Source of the DNA: Candidatus Micrarchaeota archaeon
Lineage (GTDB): Archaea > Micrarchaeota > Micrarchaeia > Anstonellales > Anstonellaceae
Direction of reading: 5' to 3'
Assembly: GCA_026413805.1 (NCBI GenBank)
Contig: JAOAKE010000004.1
Location: 1 to 36,862, forward strand
DNA length: 36,862 nt
The first letter of the stretch is position 1. Every line of letters begins with the position of its first letter. The notes under the pieces were generated by a model, which made no database searches, was not told the origin of the DNA, and saw nothing but the letters and a program-made list of their open reading frames with translations. Below, one piece after another: positions 18,077 through 26,390 of the stretch. Position numbers and translations under genes: made by a program.

Positions 18077-20116
18077 CTAATCATCCTTCCATATTTTGAC
18101 TTGCCCTTCTTCGCCGCTGCCTTCATCTTCTTCAGTGGCTCCCCTGTTTTTTCTCCTCTTGCGTGCGTAGAGGTGCAGCGCAAAGGCAGCGGCAATGATT
18201 CCTGTAAGGCCAACCATGACCAATATGGCTGAGACTGCAACTGACAATGACTGCGCCTCAGCCATCTTTATCCGGGCTGATGAAATTGCCTCGAGGGCCA
18301 TCTTGGATGCAGCCTCTGGCTCAGAATATGCAAGCTCCTCCGCATCGCCCATTTTTTTCTTTTCTTTTGAAAAGTCAGGCCGAATAAGGGGCGACTTTGA
18401 GGAGTAGTTGGCCAGCTCTTGCTTGAAGGCAGATATGTTTTTCAAAGCCTCTTCTATCGCAGGCACTATCTCCTCAAGTCTTTTTTCATAAGAGGAGATT
18501 TCAAGCTCTGCAATTCCAAGCGAGCGGTTTGCCCCCGCGTAATCTCCGCCTGCCATTGAAGAGTTTGCTGCCAAAAGGGCTTCCATCGCAGAGCTGAGGT
18601 TTATCCTCTGGCGGAACATGGCAGCCTTTCCTTCTAACTCGCCTGCACGCTTGTTAAGGAGCTCCATCCTTTGCTCTATCCATGAAGAAACCAGCGCAGT
18701 GTCAGTTGCGTTTTTGGCAGCCTGCTCTTTCTGTGCAGCCGAAATGTATTTTTCTGCCATGCTTGAAAGGGAAGGCAAAAGGCCTATTGCTTCGCTGTAA
18801 TACTTGCTTTCAGCCTTGTTTTTGATTTCTGCAGCCAGCCTGTCAAATTCTGGCAGCTGCCCCAAAAGGCCCGCAGAAAGGTTTTTTCGGCGGTAAGGCT
18901 CTACTTTTTCCTGCTCCGCCTTTACCATCTGCTTTATTTTTACCTCTATCTTCTGGGAAAGGTTAAGCTTTGCCTCGTTTGCAGATTCAATTGCCTTGCT
19001 TGCAAGCCTTTCGGCAGCAGAAAAGGCAAATCGCGAATACTCTTCTTTAGCTGCAACCACATGTGCTGCAAGGTAGCTGTAGTCCTCCACAGTCATGTTG
19101 AGCTTCAAAGCCAGCTGCTGCATGCTATAAAGCTTTTTTACCGAATCATTTGCTTGCGAAATCAGGGCCAATACCTCTTTTTTTCCCTCAACCTCTTTGA
19201 TTTGGTAAACCAGCACCTTTTTTGCTTGAGGGTCTGCCAAGTAGAGCTTTCCATCATATATTGAAAGGTCCTCTGGCTCAGAGAGGTTGCCGCCAGAAAC
19301 GTTTGAATCAAGCACATCTGCCAAATAGCCCTCCAAAGTGAAAACAAGCACCTTTTTAGCGTAAGCATCTGCCACATAAATAAAATCATTGTATATTGCC
19401 ATCCCCCGAGGAGACGACAGCCCTCCTTCCCCTCCCCCAATTGAGTAAAGGAAGGTGAAATTCCTGCTGTAGGCATATATTGCTTTTTTGCCCCGGTCTA
19501 GCACAAACACCTTGTCCTTGTAAATCTCAACGTCTGCTGGCATGTTCAGAAAGCCATCTGAAGGCCCTCTTTCGACCGCAATCCTTTCAAAGGTGCGAGT
19601 CTCTTTTGAATAAACATACAGCCGCCCATTTTCCATGTCAGTAATGTAGGCGTGTTCATTGTCAAAAGCAATTGCAGAGGGCCGTTTTAGGTTGGAAGAC
19701 TCCTTGCGGTTCCACAGCTCTATGGCCCGCCCCTCCCCGGGGTAAAAGCGTATGATGGTGCTGACGCCGTCTGCGATATAAACGCTCCCATTGTAGTAAG
19801 TCATTTTATGGGGGCTTTCAAGCTGGACATATTCTGCGCTGTTTTTCAAGAACAATTTGCGCGGGCTGGCATTTTCACTTTCGTTGTAGTAGCCGCTTGA
19901 GTTGAAGATGTAAAACGCATTGGTGAGGTCGTCTGCTACATATAATTTGCCTCCAGCCGCAAGAACGCTGCTTGGGTGCCTAAACAAATACGTCTCGTCA
20001 GTGTCTTCAAAATTCGTCCCATTGAAATACCCAAGGTAGCTAAATCCTGCGAATATGCTGCTTGAAAAAACAAGAAGCAATGCCAGTAGCCTGCAATATC
20101 GCACTTGCTTCACCAA
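18077..20116 (-). CDS. Secreted NHL-repeat beta-propeller protein with long helical stalk and C-terminal TM anchor
   Basis: Signal peptide. About six repeats such as FRHPSSV..KLYVAD, LKRPSAIAF, LNMPADV, LSSPRGMAI, LSEPEDL. Coiled coil, TM helix, KRRKNR tail. Confidence 0.85.
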   Translation of the reverse strand: MVKQVRYCRLLALLLVFSSSIFAGFSYLGYFNGTNFEDTDETYLFRHPSSVLAAGGKLYVADDLTNAFYIFNSSGYYNESENASPRKLFLKNSAEYVQLESPHKMTYYNGSVYIADGVSTIIRFYPGEGRAIELWNRKESSNLKRPSAIAFDNEHAYITDMENGRLYVYSKETRTFERIAVERGPSDGFLNMPADVEIYKDKVFVLDRGKKAIYAYSRNFTFLYSIGGGEGGLSSPRGMAIYNDFIYVADAYAKKVLVFTLEGYLADVLDSNVSGGNLSEPEDLSIYDGKLYLADPQAKKVLVYQIKEVEGKKEVLALISQANDSVKKLYSMQQLALKLNMTVEDYSYLAAHVVAAKEEYSRFAFSAAERLASKAIESANEAKLNLSQKIEVKIKQMVKAEQEKVEPYRRKNLSAGLLGQLPEFDRLAAEIKNKAESKYYSEAIGLLPSLSSMAEKYISAAQKEQAAKNATDTALVSSWIEQRMELLNKRAGELEGKAAMFRQRINLSSAMEALLAANSSMAGGDYAGANRSLGIAELEISSYEKRLEEIVPAIEEALKNISAFKQELANYSSKSPLIRPDFSKEKKKMGDAEELAYSEPEAASKMALEAISSARIKMAEAQSLSVAVSAILVMVGLTGIIAAAFALHLYARKRRKNRGATEEDEGSGEEGQVKIWKDD

Positions 20117-20189
20117 AAGGCTTTGGAGCAGTTAATTAAAAAGAGTTCTGATTTTGCAAGCCCTGTCTTGTGCCTCAAGCCAGCTACAC

Positions 20190-20295
20190 AATGTAATTTT
20201 TAGTTATTAAATAGTTAAAATATTGCGAATTTAGTATTTATAAAACAAAAAAATGCTTTTTTCAGCCAAAAAATTACGAATTATTTATAAACCCT
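20190..20295. promoter_or_regulatory. Strongly AT-rich divergent intergenic region with TATTTATAAA occurring twice
   Basis: Nearly GC-free tract in a GC-balanced window. TATA-like boxes upstream of 20324. Confidence 0.5.
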
Positions 20296-20323
20296 TCGCA
20301 CAACAGCCATAGCGGTGAGATAA

Positions 20324-20695
20324 ATGCATGCACAAAATAAATTCCCGAATAGGGCAAACCCACAGCCTGCAAACCAGGCAACCCAAAGGAGCACAAGGGC
20401 TTTCGAAGGAAGAAGCATTCATGAGGTATTTGGCGGCATTGTAGGGAAGGGCAACCCAAATAGCAACAGCATCAGCTTAAACCAACTTGCACATGTTTTA
20501 AATGAAAGGCAAAATATGCTGAATAATAACAGGAATAATAATGACTGGAACATTGCATACGAAATAGCGGGGCAACTTAAGAACCCACCTAATGGCCCGT
20601 TCCAAGATCTAGTTTTTCGCGTAATCCAAATAGCAGTGGAAAAAGGCATCCTGCCCAAAAACCCAAACCCGAATGACTTTGGAGGGCCAATCTAG
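20324..20695 (+). CDS. Asn-rich hypothetical protein
   Basis: 123-aa ORF filling the gap behind a TATA-like box. AT-rich codons; no family recognised. Confidence 0.55.
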   Translation: MHAQNKFPNRANPQPANQATQRSTRAFEGRSIHEVFGGIVGKGNPNSNSISLNQLAHVLNERQNMLNNNRNNNDWNIAYEIAGQLKNPPNGPFQDLVFRVIQIAVEKGILPKNPNPNDFGGPI

Positions 20696-20709
20696 CCAAG
20701 CCTTGCCTT

Positions 20710-21135
20710 TCACTTCCATTTTTTCATTATTATGCTTGTCTTTGTTTTTCTTATTTCCTCAAGGGCGCGCAGTTCATCCACTCGCCTGTTGAGAGATTCC
20801 ATGTCAGCGGCAGAAAGAAGGATGGCGAAGTCCATCTCCCCTGAAACCTCCCAGATGCCCATTACTCCTTCTTCCTTTTCAAGTGCCTTTGCCACCTTCT
20901 CCGAAGAGGCATGCGGCGAAGTAGATAGAAAGACAAGGGCATTCACAGTGTCTTTTTCATCAACTTCAATGGTAAAGCGCCTTATTATCCCGCGCGCGAC
21001 TAAGTTGGAAACGCGCCTCCTTGCGGCAGGCTCAGAAAGCCCAACCTTTTTGCCCAGCTTTTGGTTGGGGATGTCTGCGTTTTCGCGCAGGATTTGAAGT
21101 ATTTTTTTATCAATTTCGTCAATTTTCCACGCCAT
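20710..21135 (-). CDS. Lrp/AsnC family transcriptional regulator
   Basis: IDEIDKKILQILRENA, GLSEPAARRRVSNL..GIIRRFTI HTH, RAM domain VSGEMDF. Confidence 0.93.
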   Translation of the reverse strand: MAWKIDEIDKKILQILRENADIPNQKLGKKVGLSEPAARRRVSNLVARGIIRRFTIEVDEKDTVNALVFLSTSPHASSEKVAKALEKEEGVMGIWEVSGEMDFAILLSAADMESLNRRVDELRALEEIRKTKTSIIMKKWK

Positions 21136-21156
21136 GTTGCTCTTCTGCCTCTGCAA

Positions 21157-21165
21157 TTAATATAA
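21157..21165. promoter_or_regulatory. Candidate bidirectional TATA element shared by the Lrp gene and tRNA-Gly(TCC)
   Basis: TTAATATAA lies about 22-35 nt from both the Lrp ATG (21135) and the tRNA 5' end (21192). Confidence 0.5.
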
Positions 21166-21191
21166 GGCTATCTCAAAGTAAATTAATCAAA

Positions 21192-21434
21192 GCGGACGTA
21201 GTATAACCTGGCTAGTATCTTGGCCTTCCATAGGGAAACCCCCCGGCAATCCCTTGGTGGTTTCCTCTACCTTCCCCACAGGTTGCAAGAAGGTAGGATA
21301 AAGGGAAACCCCCCGGCAATTTGGGGCGGTTTTCCGCAAGCAGAAGAAAGTCAAAGGTCCGGGTTCAAAAACCAGCCATTCCTGCAATTTTGCAAGCAGG
21401 CTTGGAATTGGCCCTGAAAATCCCGGCGTCCGCA
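21192..21434 (+). tRNA. tRNA-Gly(TCC) with two introns (37/38: 21231-21348, 118 nt; 59/60: 21370-21420, 51 nt)
   Basis: Acceptor GCGGACG/CGTCCGC, D-arm GTAT..GTAT, anticodon stem TTGGC/GTCAA with loop CT-TCC-A^A, T-arm CCGGG-TTCAAA^T-CCCGG. Junction helices CTTC/GAAG and TTCA/TGAA, each followed by an AA^N bulge. Confidence 0.9.
21232..21320 (+). repeat. 19-bp direct repeat AGGGAAACCCCCCGGCAAT inside the tRNA-Gly(TCC) intron
   Basis: Identical copies at 21232-21250 and 21302-21320. Confidence 0.93.
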
Positions 21435-21444
21435 TTTCTTTTTC
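21435..21444 (+). terminator. Oligo-T archaeal-type terminator after tRNA-Gly(TCC)
   Basis: TTTCTTTTTC immediately after the discriminator base. Confidence 0.5.
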
Positions 21445-21599
21445 ATGCGCCTGGCGTTTGAAGTGGAGCCCCTGCATTCTTTCTTGTTCATTCTCCCCGA
21501 GAAAGCGCACTAATTTTAAACTATAGCCGCGTTTTAGTGGTGGTCGGGAGGCAGGATTTTTCCAATTTAGCCTAAGGGCTTTGGGCAAAAGGTGGTAAG

Positions 21600-22919
21600 A
21601 TGGCAGTTTCGCCTTTGGAAGGCAGATACAAAACAGAAATGAACGAGCTTTTTGATGAAGAGGCAAAGCTTGCCTCTCGGCTTGAGGTAGAAGTAGCGCT
21701 GGCATATGCGCACGCCGAGCTTAAAAACATCCCTGTGGAAGCTGCCGAAGAAATAGCCTCTGCGGCAAAAAAGGTGAGCTTAAAGCGGGTAGATGAAATT
21801 GAGGCTGAAATCCACCACGACCTAATGGCGATGGTGAAGGCTCTTTCAGAGAACTGCAAAAAATACGGCGGCTATGTCCATTATGGGGCAACATCATACG
21901 ACATTGAGGATACTGCGACTGCCCTGCTTTTAAAGCGGGCCCTCGGGCTGGTAAGAAAGCGCCTGTTGGAGACACAAGGCATACTCAAAAGGCATGCGCA
22001 GCAGCACAAGGAGACAGTCTGCATAGCGCGGACACACGGCCAGCACGCAGTCCCTACAACCTACGGAATGAAGTTTGCCCTGTGGTTTGCAGAAATCGGC
22101 CGCCACCTTGAGCGGCTTGAGCAGGCAGAAAAAACAATTTCAGTCGGCAAGATGTCAGGCGCAGCAGGCACCATGGCAACCTTCCAAGGCAAAGGCACGA
22201 AAATCCAAGGCCTTGTCATGAAGAGGCTTGGGCTTGAGCCAGCGCCAATCACCAACCAAGTAATACAGCGCGACAGGCACGCGCAGGTTCTTTTTGCCCT
22301 AGCCCTGATAGCCTCCACCCTTGAAAAGATAGCAAAAGAAATCCGCAATTTGCAGCGCACAGAGATAATGGAAGTGGCAGAGCCATTTGCCTCAAAGCAG
22401 GTCGGCTCCTCTACCATGCCGCAGAAGCGCAACCCTCACAAGTCCGAAAGGGTATGCTCCCTTGCGCGCCTTGTAAGGGCAAACGTAGCAGTTGCACTTG
22501 AAAACATAGCGCTTGAGCACGAGCGGGACCTGACCAATTCAGCAAACGAGCGGTTTATCTTTGCCCAGAGCTTCATCCTGACAGATTACATGCTGAAAGA
22601 GACAAACAAAATACTCTCGGGATTGGAATTTTTCCCCGAAAACATCGCGCGCAACTTGGAGCTGACAGGCGGCGCAGTCATGGCTGAAAAGATAATGATT
22701 GAGCTTACCGAGCGCGGGATGGGGAGGCAGGAGGCCCACGAGCTTATGCGAAGGTGCAGCCTGGAGGCCTTCAAAAACAAGAAAAAGCTCATTGAAGTGC
22801 TAAAAGAGCAAGAAGAGGTCCGGAAATTCATCCCAGTTGGCGAGCTTGAAAAGATGTTTAACCCGCGAAACTACATAGGCGAGGCAGTGCAGATAGTGGA
22901 GCGGGTTGTCGGAAAGTAA
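21600..22919 (+). CDS. purB: Adenylosuccinate lyase
   Basis: SPLEGRY, HHDLMA, HYGATSYD, ARTHGQHA, GSSTMPQKRNP, HERDLTNS. Confidence 0.96.
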   Translation: MAVSPLEGRYKTEMNELFDEEAKLASRLEVEVALAYAHAELKNIPVEAAEEIASAAKKVSLKRVDEIEAEIHHDLMAMVKALSENCKKYGGYVHYGATSYDIEDTATALLLKRALGLVRKRLLETQGILKRHAQQHKETVCIARTHGQHAVPTTYGMKFALWFAEIGRHLERLEQAEKTISVGKMSGAAGTMATFQGKGTKIQGLVMKRLGLEPAPITNQVIQRDRHAQVLFALALIASTLEKIAKEIRNLQRTEIMEVAEPFASKQVGSSTMPQKRNPHKSERVCSLARLVRANVAVALENIALEHERDLTNSANERFIFAQSFILTDYMLKETNKILSGLEFFPENIARNLELTGGAVMAEKIMIELTERGMGRQEAHELMRRCSLEAFKNKKKLIEVLKEQEEVRKFIPVGELEKMFNPRNYIGEAVQIVERVVGK

Positions 22920-22941
22920 AAAGGCAAAGGAGGAATAATGT

Positions 22942-24186
22942 ATGAACAGGCTAAACTCAACTGACCCGGACATTTACCACTTCATAAAAATGGAGCTTCA
23001 GCGCCAGAGGGATGGGCTGGAGCTGATTCCATCTGAGAATTTCTGCTCGCTTGCCGTGATGGAGGCGCAGGGGAGCGTGCTTACAAACAAATACTCTGAA
23101 GGCTACCCAGGCAAGCGCTACTATGGAGGCAACCAGTTTGTTGATGAGTGCGAGCGGCTTGCCATTGAGCGCGCAAAGCAGCTTTTTCACGCCGACCATG
23201 CCAATGTCCAGCCGCATGCAGGCTCTCAGGCAAACATGGCAGTCTATTTTGCCCTTCTCCAGCCAGGGGACAAGATAATGGGGCTGAACCTTTCCCATGG
23301 CGGGCACCTGACCCATGGCTCGCCTGTCAATTTCTCAGGGAAGGTCTACAAGATAATCCCATACAACGTCCATCCACAGACCCACCTTCTTGATTACGAC
23401 GCAATTGAAAAGCAGGCAAAAGAAGAGAAGCCGCAGCTTATTGTAGCTGGCTTCACCGCCTACCCGCGCCAGGTCGATTTCAAGAGATTTGCAGAAATTG
23501 CAGAAGCCTCAGACTCCTATTTGATGGTGGATATGGCGCACATCGCAGGCCTTATTGCAGGAGGCCAGCACCCCCACCCATTCCCTCATGCAGATGTAGT
23601 TACAACTACCACCCACAAGACACTTCGCGGGCCGCGGGGTGCGATGATTCTTTGCAAAGAGGAATATGCACAGCTTATTGACAAGGCAGTGTTTCCTGGG
23701 CTTCAGGGCGGGCCATTTGACCATGCAATTGCCGCCAAGGCAGTCTGCCTCAAAGAGGCAATGCAGCCTGAATTTTCAGATTATGCCCGCCGGATAGTTG
23801 AAAATGCCCGTGCCCTTGCAGATTCCCTCATTGAAGAGGGAATGACGCTGATTTCAGGAGGGACAGACACCCACCTTTTGCTTGTTGACTTGAGGAACAT
23901 GGGAATAACTGGGAAAGAGGCGCAGCTTGCACTGGAAGAGGCGAACATAACTGTGAATAAGAACACCATCCCATATGACCCCCAATCGCCATTTGTAACA
24001 AGCGGTATTCGCCTTGGCACTCCAGCCCTCACCACCCGCGGGATGGGGAAAAGCGAGATGCAGCAAATCGGAAAGATGATAAAGAAAGTGTGTGCCGCAC
24101 CTTCTGATGCTTCACTGAAGGCAAGGGTGCGAGAAGAAGTGCTGGAACTTACCAAGAGGTTCCCGCTTTATCCGGAGCTTGGTTAG
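22942..24186 (+). CDS. glyA: Serine hydroxymethyltransferase (bacterial-like, THF-type)
   Basis: [61 protein letters not shown]. Confidence 0.98.
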   Translation: MNRLNSTDPDIYHFIKMELQRQRDGLELIPSENFCSLAVMEAQGSVLTNKYSEGYPGKRYYGGNQFVDECERLAIERAKQLFHADHANVQPHAGSQANMAVYFALLQPGDKIMGLNLSHGGHLTHGSPVNFSGKVYKIIPYNVHPQTHLLDYDAIEKQAKEEKPQLIVAGFTAYPRQVDFKRFAEIAEASDSYLMVDMAHIAGLIAGGQHPHPFPHADVVTTTTHKTLRGPRGAMILCKEEYAQLIDKAVFPGLQGGPFDHAIAAKAVCLKEAMQPEFSDYARRIVENARALADSLIEEGMTLISGGTDTHLLLVDLRNMGITGKEAQLALEEANITVNKNTIPYDPQSPFVTSGIRLGTPALTTRGMGKSEMQQIGKMIKKVCAAPSDASLKARVREEVLELTKRFPLYPELG

Positions 24187-24260
24187 ATGGGGCCTACAAA
24201 CAAGCCAGAGCCAAGATGGGCAAAATGGACGCCAAAATAAAAAGGCAAAAAGGTGTTCTA

Positions 24261-25100
24261 ATGCCGCACGTAGTCAATGGCAATTCACTTGCCGATTCCA
24301 TACTGGAAAAGGCCAAGGGGCAAATTGCCTCATTTTCCCGCCCGCCATGCCTTGCAATAGTGATGGTGGGCAACAACCCTGCCTCGCAAGTCTATGTCCG
24401 CAGGAAAGAAGAGGCCTGCAAGAAGGTTGGGATAAAGACAAAAAACATCCACCTGCCTTCCTCTGCAACAGAGGGCGAGGTAATGGAGCAAATCCTTGCG
24501 CTCAACTCGGATTCATCAGTTGATGCCATACTTGTTCAGCTTCCCCTCCCGCCCCATATTGACGAAGAAAGGGTGCTTTGCCAAATATCCCCAAAAAAGG
24601 ATGTTGATGGCTTCCACCCAGAGAATTTTGGAAGGGCAGCCCTCGGCACAGGCCAGCTGCTTCCTTGCACGCCAAAAGGAGTCCTCCATATCCTAAAAGA
24701 AAGCAAGATAGGGTTGGCTGGAAAGCACGCAGTGATAGTGGGAAGAAGCCGAATAGTTGGAAAGCCGCTTGCCTTCCTTTTGCTAAATGAAGACTGCACA
24801 GTTACCATTTGCCACAGCAAGACCAAGAACCTAAAAGAAGTGGCGCGGCAGGCAGACATACTCTGCGTTGCTGTCGGCAAGCCGAGAACCATAACAGCAG
24901 AGATGGTAAAAGAAGGCGCAGCAGTCATTGACATCGGGATAAACCGGGAGGGCGAAAAGCTCGTAGGCGATGTAGATTTTGAAGGAGTAAAGGGCAAGGC
25001 ATCCATTATCACTCCTGTCCCAGGCGGGGTAGGGCCAATGACTGTTGCCATGCTGATTGAAAACACCCTATTGTGCTACAAGCTTCAAGGCGGAAAGTGA
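24261..25100 (+). CDS. folD: Methylene-THF dehydrogenase/cyclohydrolase
   Basis: ASQVYVRRK, ILVQLPLP, KDVDGFHP, PCTPKG, GRSRIVGKP, TPVPGGVGPMTVAML. AGGTG before ATG 24261. Confidence 0.97.
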   Translation: MPHVVNGNSLADSILEKAKGQIASFSRPPCLAIVMVGNNPASQVYVRRKEEACKKVGIKTKNIHLPSSATEGEVMEQILALNSDSSVDAILVQLPLPPHIDEERVLCQISPKKDVDGFHPENFGRAALGTGQLLPCTPKGVLHILKESKIGLAGKHAVIVGRSRIVGKPLAFLLLNEDCTVTICHSKTKNLKEVARQADILCVAVGKPRTITAEMVKEGAAVIDIGINREGEKLVGDVDFEGVKGKASIITPVPGGVGPMTVAMLIENTLLCYKLQGGK

Positions 25101-25106
25101 GGCACA

Positions 25107-26375
25107 ATGTCTTCTTATCAAAAGGCGCTAAAAGGTCTCTATTCCCTTGACAAGTTTGGAAGCCAGCTGGGGTTGGAAAGAATAAGGCACCTGCTTGAAG
25201 CCCTCGGCCATCCTGAGCGGAAATACAAATGCGTTGTTGTTGGCGGAAGCAACGGGAAGGGCTCAACTGTAGAGATGCTGGGAAGCATCCTTCAGCAAGC
25301 TGGTTTTAAGGTAGGGACGTATTTTTCCCCGCAAATTGAGGAGTTCCCAGAAAGGATAAGGGTGAATGGAAAGAATGCTTCAAATGAGGAAATCGCCGAG
25401 GCATACTACAAGGTTGCAGATGTTTGCGCAAAAAGGTCAATCCAGGCAACCTTCTTTGAAGTTGCCACTGCCATGGCACTGTGCGTGTTTGAAAAGCAAG
25501 GGGTTGATTTTGCAGTGCTTGAGGTAGGGCTTGGCGGCAGGCTGGATGCCACCAATGCAGTTGAGCCTTCAGTTTCTTGCATAGCCTCAATCTCGCTTGA
25601 GCACACGCACATACTGGGCGACACTGAGGAGAAAATAGCGCTTGAAAAATGTGGGATAGCGCGAAAGGGGAAGCCCCTTGTAGTCGGGCAGGTAAATGGC
25701 ATTGTGAAAAAAACCATTGAGTCTCGCTGTGCAGAAATTCTGGCAAAGCCGATATTTGTCTCCGAATCTGCGGAGGTTTCTTCAATTAAAAAGTCAGGAT
25801 TTAACTACTCATTCAAGGTGAAGACCAAAAAAGAAAGCTACTCTGTTTTCCTTGGGGCTCCCGGCAGGTTCCAGATAAACAATGCATTGGTTGCCTTGCT
25901 GGCAGCAGAGGCGCTGGGAGTGAAAAAAGCCGCGATTGAAAAAGGGCTTGCCCTTGCAGTGCCAAAATACCGCTTTGAGCTAATCTCCCGCTCCCCCAAG
26001 GTCTTTGCAGACTGCTGCCACAACCCTGGGGCTGCCTTTGCCCTTGTTTCAGAATTGAGGCAGCTTAGAGGTAAAAAGGTTCTTCTTTTTTCTGCCATGG
26101 CTGACAAAGACTATGCTCGGGTGCTGGACATACTCGGCCCATTTTTTGGCAAGGTTGTGCTCACTCAGACTTCCCTGCCGAGGGCCGCCAGGCTTGGAGA
26201 CTTGAAGGCAGCGGCTTCCCACCACAGCCTGCCTTTTGTCGCAGTGAAGAAGCCTTCGCTTGCGCTAAAAGAGGCAAAAAGGCTTGCAGGCAAAAATGGA
26301 ACGGTAGTAATTGCCGGCTCTATTTACCTGTTGGGTGAGCTTTTCGGCAAAGATAAAATAAGGATTGCACAATAA
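25107..26375 (+). CDS. folC: Folylpolyglutamate synthase / dihydrofolate synthase
   Basis: GSNGKGST, TFFEVAT, EVGLGGRLDATN, HTHILGDT, DCCHN, AGSIYL. Confidence 0.94.
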   Translation: MSSYQKALKGLYSLDKFGSQLGLERIRHLLEALGHPERKYKCVVVGGSNGKGSTVEMLGSILQQAGFKVGTYFSPQIEEFPERIRVNGKNASNEEIAEAYYKVADVCAKRSIQATFFEVATAMALCVFEKQGVDFAVLEVGLGGRLDATNAVEPSVSCIASISLEHTHILGDTEEKIALEKCGIARKGKPLVVGQVNGIVKKTIESRCAEILAKPIFVSESAEVSSIKKSGFNYSFKVKTKKESYSVFLGAPGRFQINNALVALLAAEALGVKKAAIEKGLALAVPKYRFELISRSPKVFADCCHNPGAAFALVSELRQLRGKKVLLFSAMADKDYARVLDILGPFFGKVVLTQTSLPRAARLGDLKAAASHHSLPFVAVKKPSLALKEAKRLAGKNGTVVIAGSIYLLGELFGKDKIRIAQ

Positions 26376-26390
26376 AAAAAGAGTGAGGAC

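Noticed and set aside
17308-18099. 263-aa plus-strand ORF
   Set aside because: Antisense shadow of the Ala/Ser-rich membrane gene 17412..18065, overlapping two neighbouring genes.
20190-20295. Replication origin
   Set aside because: AT-rich, but no ORB-like repeats and no cdc6/orc1 in the window.
21231-21348. Gly(TCC) intron as a box C/D guide, tandem glycine riboswitch or mini-CRISPR
   Set aside because: No RTGATGA/CTGA pair and no glycine-aptamer consensus. Only two 19-bp repeat copies and no cas genes.
21414-21417. CTGA (box D-like) at the end of T-loop introns
   Set aside because: Explained by the required pairing with TTCA of the T-loop; no C box present.
21445-21599. ZTP, THF or purine riboswitch upstream of purB
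   Set aside because: No recognisable consensus, only a weak hairpin (GCCTAAG/TTTGGGC) before the RBS. An Rfam cmscan would settle it.
21187-21705. ORFs overlapping tRNA loci (21187..21705, 21220..21417, 2623..2856, 4102..4344, 33323..33637)
   Set aside because: Shadow ORFs over tRNA genes with no protein motifs.
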